Below are positions 1 through 13,587 of a stretch of 64,000 bases of DNA, in pieces. The notes under the pieces are model-generated. The model saw nothing but the letters and a program-made list of their open reading frames with translations. It was not told the origin of the DNA and made no database searches. Made by a program: the position numbers and the translations under genes. Each line of letters begins with the position of its first letter. Positions within the stretch are counted from its first letter, which is position 1. The stretch comes from Podarcis pityusensis (taxonomy: Eukaryota), in assembly GCA_964106645.2 (NCBI GenBank), contig OZ067052.1; one strand, written 5' to 3'.

Positions 1-513
1 TAAAGTTATTAATTTTGCTACTGGTGTCATTTTCCATTTACAAAACAATGAAGCAAAGGATTTAATTATGCAGGCTTAAAAATAGAAGACGGTGTATTTT
101 GCAGGCCCAGGGATTCAAGACATGCATACAAACAAAGGCAACTGTCTGTGGGTTTTGCATCAAGGGCTGTGGCAGCAGCACAGGAAGGGAAAGCAGCAGC
201 CCAGGTGAAATTAGCCACTCTCTCCCCATAAATCTCTGGGAAATTCAAACAGCCATTAATGTTTGTAGACATTTTAAGCGATGATTTCATAATCGCGCCA
301 ATCTATCTGTGGCTTTGCTATAGATGAGGGTCGTTTGGTTTAATGTACGTTTCAGTCTTCATTGCCTTTTAACTAGTTTTTAATCAGTAATTATTGCCGA
401 GCTGGAATGGTATGCGCAGTCCTTCCTGCCCGCTTCCCCGGAAGAGTGCCAGTCAATATGTCATGTCAATTAGCCCGCGGTGCGTGGGCTGGCAGGAAGC
501 GCCGGATCTCTCA

Positions 514-528
514 CTAGCAGAGGGCAGC
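514..528 (+). promoter_or_regulatory. Candidate CTCF site
   Basis: CTAGCAGAGGGCAGC differs at one position from the CTCF core CCAGCAGAGGGCAGC and sits in a CpG-retaining, repeat-free block. Confidence 0.45.
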
Positions 529-1224
529 TGGATAACTAGCCTGTCTGTCTGATCAACCTGGGGGAGTGTGGTGGGGAATCTCCCCCTCCCTCCACTCACA
601 TTTGCAATTTCCCCCCAGGCATCTCAGGGCAGGAAAGGCCAGGACAGCTAAGTTGTGCAAATTAAAGGAATGCCAGTGCCTTTGGGTTTGCTTGCAACCA
701 AAGCAAATAAGAAAGTGAACCAAGATTCCCTTTTCAGTTAAGATAAGTTAGTTTTGGTGATAATTTGTGCTGCTTCCCAGTGCACTTGTGTATTCACTAT
801 TCTGATAGATGCTTGTACTGTTCTGTGGTCCAGCTTGTTACCACATCAAATACAGGCACATAAATATCCATGTTACCCTCCTCCTGTTTATGTCACAAGC
901 TTTCCCTCTTATATTTTAGTTGTGTGCCATAATTTTCTCACATTGCCCTTCTTTGGGATCAGTTTTCTTCTTGTTTATTTTACCCCTGTGTCCTGCTGCT
1001 GTACCTTGTGTTACCTTTCTGATTGGTTTGCTCTTAGAAAATGCTGTATCGCTGTATTACTGTTTCCCCAAAGCACATTTTTCCTCGAGTACTGTTGTGT
1101 TTTAATGCAAGGTTTCACCAACTAAATAATTGCACTCCCTCATCTCATGGAACAGGTTCCTAAGCATGGGAATGCAAGGTAGTATTCCACAGTCTGGGAA
1201 TACAAGGTGGGGAATTTAAAGATG

Positions 1225-1525
1225 GGGGGGGGATTTGATTCAGTGCTCATTTAAAGGTGGCTGTACCTAATTCACAGTTTCCAAAACAATTTGCAAACCA
1301 AAAATGTTGCCATCTTCCAAAATTTGCAGTTTTCTGAAATTTGCGATGCAGTTCGCCAGTCAAGTAATGTGTATAAATTCACACTGAAACACTGGCGAAT
1401 TTTTAGGAAGATTTTTTTTTTACATTTAAAAAAATAAATAAATGTGGAAATGTGGAGAACTGAACTAAGATAGGAAAAAGGAGAAACTGAGAGAAACCAA
1501 AACTGGCAGATTCACCCATCACTAA
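1225..1525. mobile_element. Degenerate squamate non-autonomous repeat (related pieces at 8763-8805 and 12705-12965)
   Basis: Shared ggatt(t)gattcagt(t/g)c(g/t)catttaaag start; TAGGGAT/CATC(A/C)CTA-like termini; the 12.7-kb copy is in reverse orientation. Confidence 0.45.
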
Positions 1526-1909
1526 TGGTGATACAATATAGTCTTTTTAGCTGTGGCACCAACATGCTGGAACCTGCTCTTCCAATAGACTCATGTTACC
1601 CCCTTCTTAATCAGATTTTAGATTTCAAGTGAAGACTTAATTTCAGACAGCATCTTGGGATCTACTAAGTGCATGACTCTGGATTTAATGGTGGATGCTT
1701 TTGAATGTTTTTCTGTTTTTTGTTTTTTATTGATTTATGCTCTTGGAGATGTTCAGAGTGCATTTTAAGTAAGTAGAGAGTGTCCTTGTACATCAGGGAT
1801 TAGGGGATTAGATCAAATAATTCTGTATCCAGGAGTGAGCCCCAACACCGCTTTTTGCTAAAAATTAACCAGTGCTTTATCTATAATGATTCCTCCCATA
1901 ACAATTGTA

Positions 1910-2127
1910 CAGTAGTACCTCTGGTTAAGAACTTAATTCGTTCTGGAGGTCCTTTCTTAACCTGAAACTGTTCTTAACCTGAGGTACCACTTTAGCTAAT
2001 GGGGCCTCCCGCTGCTGCCGCCGTGCAGTTTCTGTTCTCATCCTGAGGTAAAGTTCTTAACCAGAGGTACTACTTCCGGGTTAGCGGAGTCTGTAACCTG
2101 AAGCGTTTGTAACCCAAGGTACCACTG
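1910..2127. mobile_element. Tc1/mariner-pogo-type MITE, TA target-site duplication
   Basis: TA|CAGTAGTACCTC...AAGGTACCACTG|TA, with terminal inverted repeats and internal TTAACCTGA repeats. Confidence 0.85.
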
Positions 2128-2900
2128 TAGTTTGATGAGTGTGCTGCGTACCCTTCTAAATACATCCCTAGCCCTAAACGGTACTTCACAGGGTTCTTTG
2201 GTACAGTATAGAGGGAATCACTCCTAGACCATTGAAAGTTTATCATATAAGTATAATTGGGGATCTGAGGTGACCTGCAAAAGTGAGTTTGGTCTATCTC
2301 ATCTGTCCAACAATCTATCTGCTACATTGTTCTGGTTGTTGTTGGATAATGCGGCTTTATCATAAAAGAATACCCAAATACGTAGGCTTTATAGTAATAA
2401 AGGGCTGAGATTTTTTTTCTTTTTCCCCTGGATAGATAGGTGACACGTATTAATGGGTATAATTGTTCAAGGATGAGAATGATAGCTCATTACTGAAAAG
2501 CAGATGTTGCACCAAGTTGAGTTATGCATCATGAAAGCAAAGAGTTGACGGGACAAATGGAGAAGGGAAGCAACATTTCTCCAGAGCATCGATATAGGCT
2601 GCATGTGGCAAGGATTTATTGTGCTACTATGCATTTCTGCCTCCCCAGAAACTTGTGATATTGGAGTATAGCTTTCACCCACCTTATGAAGTTGCTGCAA
2701 GGTTTATTGTGATGATGTACACATGAGGTGTCTCATATGGAGTCGGGCTGCAGGCCATCCTGTCCAACACTGTCTACTCTGACCAGCACCAACTCTCCCA
2801 AGGTCTTTGGCAGAGGTAGATCTTTTCCCAGCCTTCTGTCGGAGATTCTTTTCACTTCATCCTTTAAGTGACAGTGCAGGGTTCCTTGCACTGATATAAC

Positions 2901-3560
2901 TACATTCAGGTAGTGATGGCTGCTGACTTGGATGGCTTTAAAATAGGGTTAAACACAAAAATGGTGGGTAAGGCTAGCTATGGCTATTAGCCATGCTGGC
3001 TATGTTCCTAATAATAATAATAATAATAATATATTTATATCCAACCCATCTGGCTGGGCTTCCCCAGCCACTCTGGGCGGCTTCCAACAAAATATTAAAA
3101 TACAGTAATGCATCAAACATTAAAAGCTTCCCTAAACAGGGCTGCCTTCAGATGTCTTCTAAAAGTCTGGTAGTTGTTCTTCTCTTTGGCATCCGGTGGG
3201 AGGGCGTTCCACAGGGTGGGTGCCACTACCGAGAAGGCCCTCTGCCTGGTTCCCTCTAACTTGGCTTCTCGCAGTGAGGAAACCGCCAGAAGGCCCTCGG
3301 CACTGGACTTCAGTGTCTGGGTAGAATGATGGGGGTGGAGACGCTCCTTCAGATATACTGGACTAAGGCCATGCCACTGTTGGAGGTCTGAATGCTATCT
3401 GAATACCACTTGCTGCGAATTGTAGCTGGGAAGAGTGCTGTTGTGCTCAGTTCCTGCTTTTGGGCTTCCCACTGGAGCATCCAGTCGGCCGCGGTGAGAA
3501 CAGGATGTTGAACTGGGCAGGCTTCTGGCCTGATCCAGCAGCGCTCTTTCTATGTTCTTG
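2901..3560 (+). mobile_element. CR1-type LINE 3' end interrupted by an L2 insertion (3009-3370)
   Basis: Typical squamate CR1 3'UTR pieces (gatggctttaaaatagggtta...ctattagccatg; gaataccacttgctg...ggcctgatccagca...ttctatgttct) flank the L2 fragment. Confidence 0.65.
3009..3370 (-). mobile_element. L2 LINE 3' fragment with (TAA)n tail
   Basis: (ata)n tail then ccatctggctgggcttccccagccactctgggcggcttcc...gccactaccgagaaggccctctgcctgg; homologous copies at 7681-7925 and 37903-38005. Confidence 0.75.
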
Positions 3561-3753
3561 TAACTTTTTGTTCCAACGCACACTGGGCTGTGCTGACATG
3601 TGGCTGAATTTGTGGCAGCACAGAAGACTTTTAAGATGGCTCGGGTCCGATATTGTGATAATAGGGGGCGTTTGTGAAAATATCATTTTAAAAAAATAAA
3701 AAAGATGGCTCACGTCTCTTCTTCAGTATCAGTGCACAGCAAACTAGCAGGTA

Positions 3754-3995
3754 CAGTGGTACCTTAGGTTACATACGCTTCAGGTTACATACGCTTCAGG
3801 TTACAGATTCCGCTAACCCAGAAATAGTGCTTCAGGTTAAGAACTTTGCTTCAGGATGGGAACAGAAATCATGCTCCGGCGGCGTGGCAGCAGCAGGAGG
3901 CCCCATTAGCTAAAGTGGTGCTTCAGGTTAAGTACAGTTTCAGGTTAGGAACGGACCTCCGGAACAAATTATGTACTTAACCCGAGGTACCACTG
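3754..3995. mobile_element. Second copy of the same MITE, opposite orientation
   Basis: TA|CAGTGGTACCTTAGGTTAC...AACCCGAGGTACCACTG|TA; reverse-complement homology to 1910-2127. Confidence 0.85.
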
Positions 3996-5084
3996 TATTG
4001 TTTCGCTCTGTGTGTCCACAGTGGTTCCCCATGAACTCAGATGGAAAGCAGGATGGGGCAAAAAAAGAACCTCCCTTCCTCAGCTCCGTCCTATTTAGAG
4101 CTCTAGGGGGGACCTCCTTGACAGGGACAGATTTGAGATGTCTCTTGTCAAAGGCCCTCTGGTGTCATGCCTTCTCTTGTCAGTGGGCCCACAGGCAGCT
4201 TGCTTAGCAGTGGCAGCAGAAGGTCTCTGAATTAGAGCTGGTGGGGTCCCATAAACATTTTCCATAATGGCCAGGGTGATGTTAACATCCCTTTTGCCCA
4301 TGCATCAGGGCTGCTTCCTGCTATTCTCTTCTCACTGAACATGTTACCAATGACACCAAGGTCTACCTCACCTATGATCCTATCAGTTCTTAGCCCTTTC
4401 CTGGTTCTCCCACTGGCAGTGGGGGTTCTCCCCACCAGTCCTAGGTCCATCTTACTTATCCCTCTCTCTGTGTCATCCTCGCCCCCTTGCCATGTACTAA
4501 TAGTTGTCGGAGCCAAGATTCTCACGCAGCTGTTACCCTAAGCCACTGTGGAACACCAGGAGACAGTGGGTATATTGCATCCACATTTAAGGGGCTTCAT
4601 TTAGGTGATTTACTGTTTTATTCCACCCCGCCCCCCAAATTAAGAGACCGTCCTTATGGTGGTATTGCCACAATATCCTGGAAACAAAGTCTGTGTGGAT
4701 CTGACACAAACAGCTTTGCTACATAAAAAGGGATCTGTTTACATCACTGTGTCTGTCAACACAAGAGGCGAGTTTTCCTTCTGGCCTTTGCAGATGGCTT
4801 CCCTTTCACAGAGTCGCAAATTTACAAGATGCCATGGATATGCACCATGCTTTTAAAAAAGCAAATTAGCAGCTGCCTCTGTGACTTGGATTGGCAAACA
4901 AAAGGGCTGTTTTGCAAAGGGAGGAAAACGAGGTCCGAAATACCTTCCACATTACAGAAACACTGAAGGGTGGGGGGGGGGATCCAACCATTTATTTATC
5001 ATTCATTTACCACTGATTTTCAATCATAATTATTGTCATCATTTAATATTTTAAGATACAGTTGATAGGTTCTTCATTTTATTG

Positions 5085-5590
5085 TGTACTGGATGCTTGG
5101 TGGTTGGCATCTGTCAGTCTAGGGAGATAATCGAAGCGTGCACCTTTGAGGGTGAATTTAAATCGTTGGAGAGCTACTGTGCCTGTTTTGCCTATAGAGA
5201 CCAATATGGGAGAGACATGTTTTATTGCAGCTGGAGCAGCGTCCGGTTGTGTTGCTGTAGATGCACCATGGCGTTACTTTTCTCTGTGCTCCTCCCAGTG
5301 GTCATTCCTCCTCTGGTGACTGCTGTGGATACAGGACCTGACTGTCTGTCTCCAGGCACTGCAGTCATCTGCAAGGGATTCCCACACGGCAGGGCTGATG
5401 TTGCCAGCCTTCATGTCACTTTGCAGACATCTTTGTAACGCAGAGTTGGTCTGCCAACGGGCCTGGTGCCTAAAGCCAGCTCCCTGTAGAGCACATATCT
5501 GGGATCCTGCTATCTTCCATTCTGTGGACATGACCACAGGAGAGTGACCAAGCTGGGAATGTGGGCTTGCGAGAGCGCATCTTTCTTTGA
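5085..5590 (-). mobile_element. RTE-clade LINE 3' fragment (degenerate ORF C-terminus)
   Basis: The minus strand translates with frameshifts to GHVHRMED-RIP-YVLYRELALGTRPVGRPTLRYKDVCK and WESLADDCSAWRQTV, the motif pattern of the RTE ORF C-terminus. Confidence 0.75.
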
Positions 5591-6204
5591 GAGACTGTCC
5601 TGCCCAAAATCTCCCTGAAGCAGTGCATGTGGGAGGCGTGGAAGCATCACTCCTGGAGGGTGTCGATTGTGTACTACTGGACATGAATAGGTGGCAAGTA
5701 ACAAGTTTTGGAAACAGAATTAGAAATGGTGGCAAGAGCGTCAGTAGGCCTTGTCCTTCCAGCAACAGCCCGCCCCCTCAAGGTAGGTGAGGGAAGCCAT
5801 TTTCTATTCTTGTCAATTTGGCGCCTCAGCCTTCATTCCTTCTCAGAAAGTCAGTATGTTTTCAAAAACGTGTGTGGCCTAATGGGATCTGGGTGAGTGG
5901 GTGGCTGTGTTCCTTTTTGTTCTATCTGAATAACTGAATGTGAGACAGATTGTGAGCTGTTGTGAGAAGTTATTGGATCTGCTGGGTCATCTCTGTGAAC
6001 TGTGGCTGCATATGTGGCCAAGAGACTGAACTATAAGCAGAGAAATCTCACCCACTACCACAAAGTGACCAGGCGGCTTAGGCAAGTCGTTTTGGCTACA
6101 CCTTGGCGCCTGACCTCCCTTGTTAAGTTGATGACACCAGCCTACTTTCCAGGGTTGCTGTAAGGATTCTAACAAGATAATGCTCCATTTAATGGCTAGG
6201 TATT

Positions 6205-6325
6205 TGTTGGTAGAACATGAGACTCTTAATCTCAGGGTTGTGGGTTCGAGTCTTACGATGGGTGAAAGATTCCTGCATTGAAGGGGGTGGATTAGATGGT
6301 CCCTTCCAACTCTACAATTCTATTA
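6205..6325 (+). mobile_element. tRNA-derived SINE with CR1-like tail
   Basis: ggtagaacatgagactcttaatctcagggttgtgggttcgag resembles tRNA-Lys with a B box; tail ggtcccttccaactctacaattcta. Confidence 0.75.
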
Positions 6326-7589
6326 GATCTCTGTGATTAATACAAATCACCATTCAGCCATGAAGTTGTTTAGTGCCTTTGGGCAAGGAGCCTCAGCCTG
6401 AGATGTCTTTCAGGGTAGGCAGGTGCAAAATCTTCTCCCTCATACAGTGGCTGTGGTAATAGAGTCTGTTAAAGGTTATAAAAAGCTTCAGAGAGCTGTT
6501 TGGATCTCCTCACTGCAGATCCTTTGTAGTCAGGGTTGCTCTGGATCTTTTGTGGTCATGGGTCTCTTCATGGGGGTCTTTTCTGATGCTGAGGGCCTCA
6601 GGCTCCCCCCACCCCACCTCTGGATTGTGTGTTTGTTGAATAGCCAATTCTGACTGTTTTATGAGCATAGATGACAGCATGACAAAGCATCTGTAAGTGG
6701 ATTCATGGCATGATATCAAAGGGGGTCTGTCTAGCCCAGCAGCTGTTGCTGGTAAAAAAAAAAGGGGGGGGGGAGGGAACCAAACAAAGCCAGGACCTCT
6801 TGGAAACAGCCCTTTTGCTTTCTTTCACTAAAAAGCTAAAATAAGGGCTTCCCTTTCAACAGTGGCTGCCCGAGAAATTGCCTCTTAGAGTTCACATTTT
6901 TCACACAAGCCTGTAAAAGGTTTTGTTTCTCCACCGGTAAACTAATACAGGAAATGGGGTCAAGTGTCAGGAAACAATTGGGGGACCCCTAGACTCAGTG
7001 GGGGCCCTGTATTCAACAACGCTGGAGGTAAAGAGTCTAGGAATAATCCCCTTTCTGTGCTTTTAAAAAATGAGAGTGAATCCTTGTGCATCATATGACA
7101 TGTTAAATGATACAGATAGCTAGATATATTAAGTGAGCCAAAACACTTGGTTTTCCTTGCGGCACGTTAGAACATGGGACTGTACAATGAAAACGTAAGC
7201 AAACTCATGGAGGAGAGGTTTCTATGCTGCCTCCATTTTCAAAGGCAGTATATTATGCCACTAGTAGAAGCTGGGGAGCCACAATGGGGAGTGGACTATT
7301 TCCATCATGCAGGTGGCATCTCTCAGTGGTTGTACCTAGATCACAGAATGCCCTCCAGGATTTCTGCCAGGTTCCACCTCTTGTTGCATTTAGGTCGGCA
7401 GTTAGGACTTGTTGCTGCCGCTGTTCCAGCAAGCTTTAAATCTCTGAAGATTGCTCTGTAAAATTGGCACTGCTATCCGTGTTTCATTGTCATGTTGTTT
7501 TATGTTAGAATTACTGGTTTTTGATGTCTGACTCTTCTTTTGTTTTGATTAAGTCATAAGCTGCTTTGAATGCAACATACCAAAGTGTT

Positions 7590-7627
<38 letters not shown>

Positions 7628-7680
7628 GAATGAATTAGAGTTTTGAAATAAACAAGGAAGTGGTAGCGAGGCCAGTGGCA

Positions 7681-7925
7681 TAACAACAACAACAACAATA
7701 ATTATTATATATTTTTTATTTATACCTTGCCCATCTGGCTGGGTTTCCCCAGTTGCTCTAGATGGCTTACAGCATATACTGAAACATAATAAAACATCAA
7801 ACATTAAAAATTTCCTGATACAGGGCTGCCTTCAGATGTCTTCTAAAAGTTATGCAGTTCTTTATCTCCTTGACATCTGAAGGGAGGGTGCCACTACTGT
7901 GAAGGCCCTCTGCCTGGTTCCCTGT
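7681..7925 (-). mobile_element. L2 LINE 3' fragment
   Basis: Homologous to 3009-3260 (cagggctgccttcagatgtcttctaaaag; gaaggccctctgcctggttccct). Confidence 0.75.
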
Positions 7926-9746
7926 AAATAATAAGGCATGATCTTCCTTAGGACAGAATATGACTCACCTGTGGCTCCCAACTAGGGATGTAATAAGGCT
8001 TCCTTTTCTGCTCTGCTCTGCACTTGTCACACGCAGCACTGTTTCCATTCTGCTGCAGGTCATCTTCCGTCAAAAACTAGGTTGTTTGCCTTGCACACCA
8101 CTGTGGCAAAATTACATAACTTATGTAGTTTTTGCAATTGATTGATTGATTGATTAAATTTATATACCACCCTGTACCTGCATGTTTCTCTTAATTCCAT
8201 AGATTATGCAGTTACATCACCATTACATTATTCCACTCTTTCATTTCAGAGAAAAGGAAACCCAGTTGCAGATGTGTTTGTTTGTGTGGGGTGTTAATCA
8301 ATTATCAATTTGCGGACTCAAAACAACAGTGTATACCGATCGTATTCACTGGATCAATTTCCATTCCAGATATGGGATGAATAAGGAAACCCTGGCACCT
8401 TCTGCTCCCATTTTCATTGGAATTCTCTGACATCCCTACTCCCAACGCAGCAATCTTAAGGTTGCTGCTGGGTGTCAGGTGGTTCTAATGCACTGGTGAA
8501 CCCCAGGGACCAGCTGCTTAGCAACATTGACTCTCACACTTGCTTCTGCAACTGGCTCCTAGGGGGGCGGCATTTGCGTCCAGCTCCTCACCCTCCTCTT
8601 GCCAATCAGTCATGGCATGGTGTTGGGTGCTAGGAGTGCTTAGATCTCCGAATTTGTTTTGGGGATAACATCACCTTTACTAATCAATGGCCACTGTTAT
8701 CCTAGCTGGGAGAGCACCATCTTTTAGGCAGCCCAATCCCATGCATGTTTAAGCAGCAGCTGTTAGGGATACGGAAGGAGTTGGATTCAGTTCGCATTTA
8801 AAGCCCTTCCAGACATCTTTTTTTATTTCACATTCACGATGTTTTGTGCTCATGCTGGTATCGGGGCAGTTAAATACAACCCCACTTTCACTCCTGTTTG
8901 CTCTTGCAAAAGTTTCAGGGCAGGCCTATAGCTTTGTTTCCAATCGGTGCATGTCCCATAGCTTCCTGCTGAAATCCTATAATTTTTCATATCAGAAATG
9001 TTCTGGGGAGCTGTGTGCCTGTGTGGTATAGCACTTTTGTTGCACTATAAAAAAAGCAGAATGTGTGGACACTACCATTGCACCATTACTGTGTAACTGA
9101 TATGCTGCAGAATATAACTGCCTCCAAAAAACTTTTCTGGAGGGGCTCAAGCATGTAAAGTGTGAATGCACTCACATCTGTCAATTCAAAATTCTTGGCT
9201 ACCCTGATCTGATAGTTTAGAATAAAAGCTAATTCCCTAGAGGAAGTGGAAGAGATGATTCACTTTGATCAAGTTTGTTTACCATGCTTATAGGAGTCAA
9301 TTGTTGGTTGGGCCATTATAGAAGGCAGTTATTTGATCTTCTCCATATGTGTGAGGGTTGTGTGTGTGGTGGGGGGAGGAGTAGAATAGAAAAAATTCTA
9401 TTTTTGAAAGAAAGAAAAAGGAAGATCCTTAGGGTAATAATCAGTCTGAATTACAGCTTTCAAAATTAATGCCATGCAGGGGTGGCAAGTATAACGTGTG
9501 CATTTTTAATCGGTGCACCCCCCCGTCGGTAATCAATATGCTGTATAACGAATGAGCTTTAATAAGCACACTCTGTTTTATTATTCTTATTAATAATAAG
9601 GAGGCCCTTGAAAATATCCATGAAAGGAGGCACTTAAGTTGATAATTAATAAATGCTGGTTTTGGTTTCCGCTGCTAAACAGCTTCCATGAGTGGGCTTG
9701 ATAGCGGCTAGATCTTCATTCCAGCAGCAGAGGGAGGAAGATGAAA

Positions 9747-9748
9747 GT

Positions 9749-9801
<53 letters not shown>
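9747..9801. repeat. Compound microsatellite (TG)n(AG)n; other (TG)n at ~7592-7623 and ~13551-13584
   Basis: Directly visible. Confidence 0.95.
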
Positions 9802-9804
<3 letters not shown>

Positions 9805-10065
9805 TGCAGATTAATAAGCAACTATAGCAGAAACTGCTTAACACAATGGAGTTATTTTGTTCTCCAGTTAGGAACATGAGGCAAGGTGGTGAGCTCAGCA
9901 AAAGTTCAGCTATGGCAAAAATTGCACCATCTTGGCTGGGTTGGGTCATTTCCCTACCTAAAAAGAAAACTTTTTCAAAGTAGCTTTAATTTGTTCCTCC
10001 TACAGCATCCCTCTCTGGATGGAAACTGTATGACAATTTATGATAAACAAAATCAGTAACTTGTA

Positions 10066-10158
10066 CAGTGGTACCTTGGGTTACAAATACCTTGGGTTAC
10101 AAACACTTCGGGTTACAGACTCCGCTAACCCAGAAGTAGTACCTCAGGTTAAGAACTT
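10066..10158. mobile_element. Truncated third copy of the same MITE
   Basis: TA|CAGTGGTACCTTGGGTTAC...TCCGCTAACCCAGAAGTAGTACCTCAGGTTAAGAACTT; only one end is present. Confidence 0.75.
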
Positions 10159-13084
10159 AATAATAATAATAACTAGAAGCCAGGCCCCTGGCTCTAAGAC
10201 AACTGTTGCACATCCTACAGACTGGGGAGCACGACATACAGAGATGGGTTTAGTTATGGTGCCTGACCAGCTGTAGTGTTGGCTTATATCCCTGCAGTAG
10301 GGAAAGCAGCAACACATTAGCGCATGAGGGCAACCTGAGGGATTGGTGCCCAAAGCAGTAGTGTTCGAAGGAATTTGGGGGTGCACACGTTGGACAGGGA
10401 CGCCCAGAAACCTAGGTAGGACATGGAATGAGGCCAGCATTTGTGCTGACCTCCCCAGTGCCTAAGGAACGTACTCAGTGGGTCACAGAACATGCAAAAA
10501 TGGCTTGCCTCCTACTTCGGACTGGATTTGTGGCACAACTGTAAACAAATAATCAACAAGAACAAAATAGGTCGGCCACCACTGGACTATAGATAGGGTT
10601 TCAAACAGTGTTGTATTTAACTATGAGGCTGCTGGCCTCTGTACATGAATTGTGGAGGGAATGGTAAGGGCCATCAGTGCGATCCAGAAGCCCCACCCCC
10701 TGACTCTGCTACATTTTGGCCAATGCCCAGTGGCAGCTCCAGACAGGGCTGGGAATGCTCCCTGCCTAAAGTCCTGGAGAGCCCCTGCCTGTCAGTGCAG
10801 ACACTACTGAGGTGGATGGACCATGTTCTGATTCAGTATAGAGCAGCTTCCTAAGTTCCCAAGTTCCTCCTCCACCACACCTGAGGGCAGAAGCTAGTTT
10901 AGGGGGCCAGGACAGGCCACGCGGCAGACACAGCTCTTGTTCCGCGTGGGGCTGCCACTGCAGCTGTCCCCCAGCCTCTGCCCCCCTGCAGTGGTTGCCT
11001 CTCTGTGCCTAACAGTTCGACCAGCCCTCATAGCTGCATAATTGTGCAGTTCGTTCTGCTTCCACGGTGCAACCTTTTAAAGACTGGGGCAGGTGGGTTC
11101 AGGACTGAAATGTAGGAATCGTAGGTGAGACGGAAGGACATTGAGTCGGGAAATGAGTTCTGGGAAAAGGAAAGGCGGGAGTCCACAAATGGATAGCAGA
11201 GTGCGTGCCCTGCATGCAGACAGAACCAAGGTCAATCACCAGTTTAAAAAAACCTCAGGTGTGCCGGCTGATCTATCCATCCCCTCCTACCATGAGATCT
11301 AGAAACTTGCTTTGATTGGAGACAGGCATTTGTTTTGGGGGTTTTTTTTGTTTTCCTGAAAGAGTTCATGAAGGACATAATAGAGGCATGACCACCCAAA
11401 GGGCAATACGTCACAAACCTGTAGAAGCTTCTCATCAGAGGCCTCAGGTACGCCACAGGAAATGGCTTCTTTGTCATACAACCTCCAACTCGGCTGAAAA
11501 CTAGTTAGCTGGTCTTCAGCCTTTGGGCACAGAGCACCCATTCATGGATTTTTAAATAGAAGAAAAGGTGCAAACACCCCCCCCCCCACCAACCCTCTTC
11601 ATAGAAGAATTGCCTTTGAACAGCCTTTGAATAATTTTGGATCTTATTTTACTCTTGTGACAAACTCCACCCCACAGCTATTAGCAAAAAGCAACTTCCC
11701 TCTCCCTCCCATAATTGTGCCCACCCCCAATGCACTAATCTGCAGCTCAGGTTACATAGCAAGAACAGTTCAAACAGCATTTTAAACCCATTGTAATCGA
11801 CCACCATTGTTTATGGCATGAAGAAAAGGTCCTAAATTGCATTTCTAGGAGTTGCTTTCTTCATCAAGGGTAGTAATTTGACAAGGAGAGGAAAGTTTGG
11901 CTTCTTTCACAGGCTTGGCCTGCGATTCTGATTTAAATGTTTGAGAAGCTGCAAGGGGAACAGAAAACTTATTTGTGATCATTTGGGGAGTGGGTAGCTG
12001 TGTGGGGAGTGTCTGTAATAATAAAAATAAAAATCAGTTTGTTGACACCAAAGGCGCACGAGCATATTTTTAGCTGAGATATAGGAGGCCGTTGGGCATT
12101 TTGCAAGCGCATAACCCAACAAGTAACACACTCATAATTCACTAATGTTTGCTGAATGACAGGGTTAAGTGGCTGCTATTCCCGGCCTCCCACCACACTA
12201 ATGTATTCCAGACCTGCTCTCCTTCTCCTGGATGGAAGTCAAATTGTTGCCTGCCTGCCTTGATACAGCAGCAGCCTTCCACCGCGAATAAGCCCCACTT
12301 CCTAAATGATTTTCATTTGTTTTTCTAATCTAATTTTTCCCTCGGTACCTCACTAATCATCAGTCCCATTAAGGCTTTGATGGGTTGACTGCTTTCCAGA
12401 GACGAGGCCATCCCGCAGTCAGCAGGGCGCTGACCTTCAACCGCAGCAGCCCCAAGTCCATCTTCTCTTGTTAAGCAACCTGAGTGCTGAGGTCTCTCTT
12501 TCAGCAATGGAAGAAGTGCCCTTAGAGGGGGCAGAGACCCTTGTGGAGTCTCCACCGTCCCCATTTCCTTTTCCTACCTTGTCGCCATCTAAGGTGAAAC
12601 TAGGAGCTACATTATTTCCTTTTTTAAAATGTGAAGTTCCAGCTCATCTGAAAGGCTAGGTATCTTATAACTTTCAATCTTTGATTCATTGAGGGGTTTC
12701 TGGTTAGGGGTGTGTAGAGATGAATGGAACTGTCACTTTTCAGTTCTTCATTTTTCTGATCTTAAATTCAGTTCCCAACATTCCTGTCACTATTTGTGAT
12801 TAAAAAATAATAATACAAGATTCTAATGAAAATTCATCAGAATTTTAGGGTTTGAATTTCTACTAATAAAGACATTTTGGTATGCAGTTTTCCCTTATTT
12901 ATTTATTTATTTATTTATTTGCAAAGCGGTTTCTTCTGATATAATGCAATTTTCTATGTTACTGTCATTTATCAGCTAGCACACTGTATATGCTGCGTCC
13001 AAAGAATCAGCGGTATATTTTGGGCTGTGCCTAGATATGTCACTGTCACTAGAGCACCCATTCTTAACTAGCTGGTTCATCATC

Positions 13085-13547
13085 TATGATTCCTGGACAG
13101 GGATAGCTTTGCCATCTAGATCCATGCATTGGTAACCTCACATCTAGATTACTGTAATGCACTATGCGTGGGACTACCCTTGTGCCTGATTTGGTTGCTG
13201 TAAAATGCAGCTTTCAAGATACTCAGTGGGGCACCCAGTTTGCTTATATTACATTAGTGTTAAGAGGCAGATTAACTACTGAGACAAGCAAAAAGTTTGG
13301 TTGTTGATATGGAAAGCCCTAAGCCACTTGAAAGCAGGGTATCTAGCAGTTCACTTCCCCCAGTACAGACCAAGGTGAGCAGTAAGATCTTCTGAGGAAA
13401 GTCTGCTGATCATTCTGCAGCTAATGGATTCTCGCTTGGTAACAACACAAAAGTGGGCCTTCTCAGTGGTGGCACCCACCCTTGGAATGGCTCCCCCTTC
13501 AGCATTCGAGAGGCTGAGATTGGTAATCAGCTTTAAAGCCTCTTAAA

Positions 13548-13550
<3 letters not shown>
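13085..13550 (+). mobile_element. Degenerate L2 ORF2 C-terminal fragment
   Basis: Encodes HALVTSHLDYCNALCVGLP, the typical L2 motif, and contains gccttctcagtggtggcaccc...tggaatggctcccc. Confidence 0.7.

Positions 13551-13587
<37 letters not shown>

Noticed and set aside
6205-6260. tRNA-Lys-like sequence
   Set aside because: The acceptor stem is degenerate and it continues into a LINE-like tail, so it is a SINE head and not a tRNA gene.
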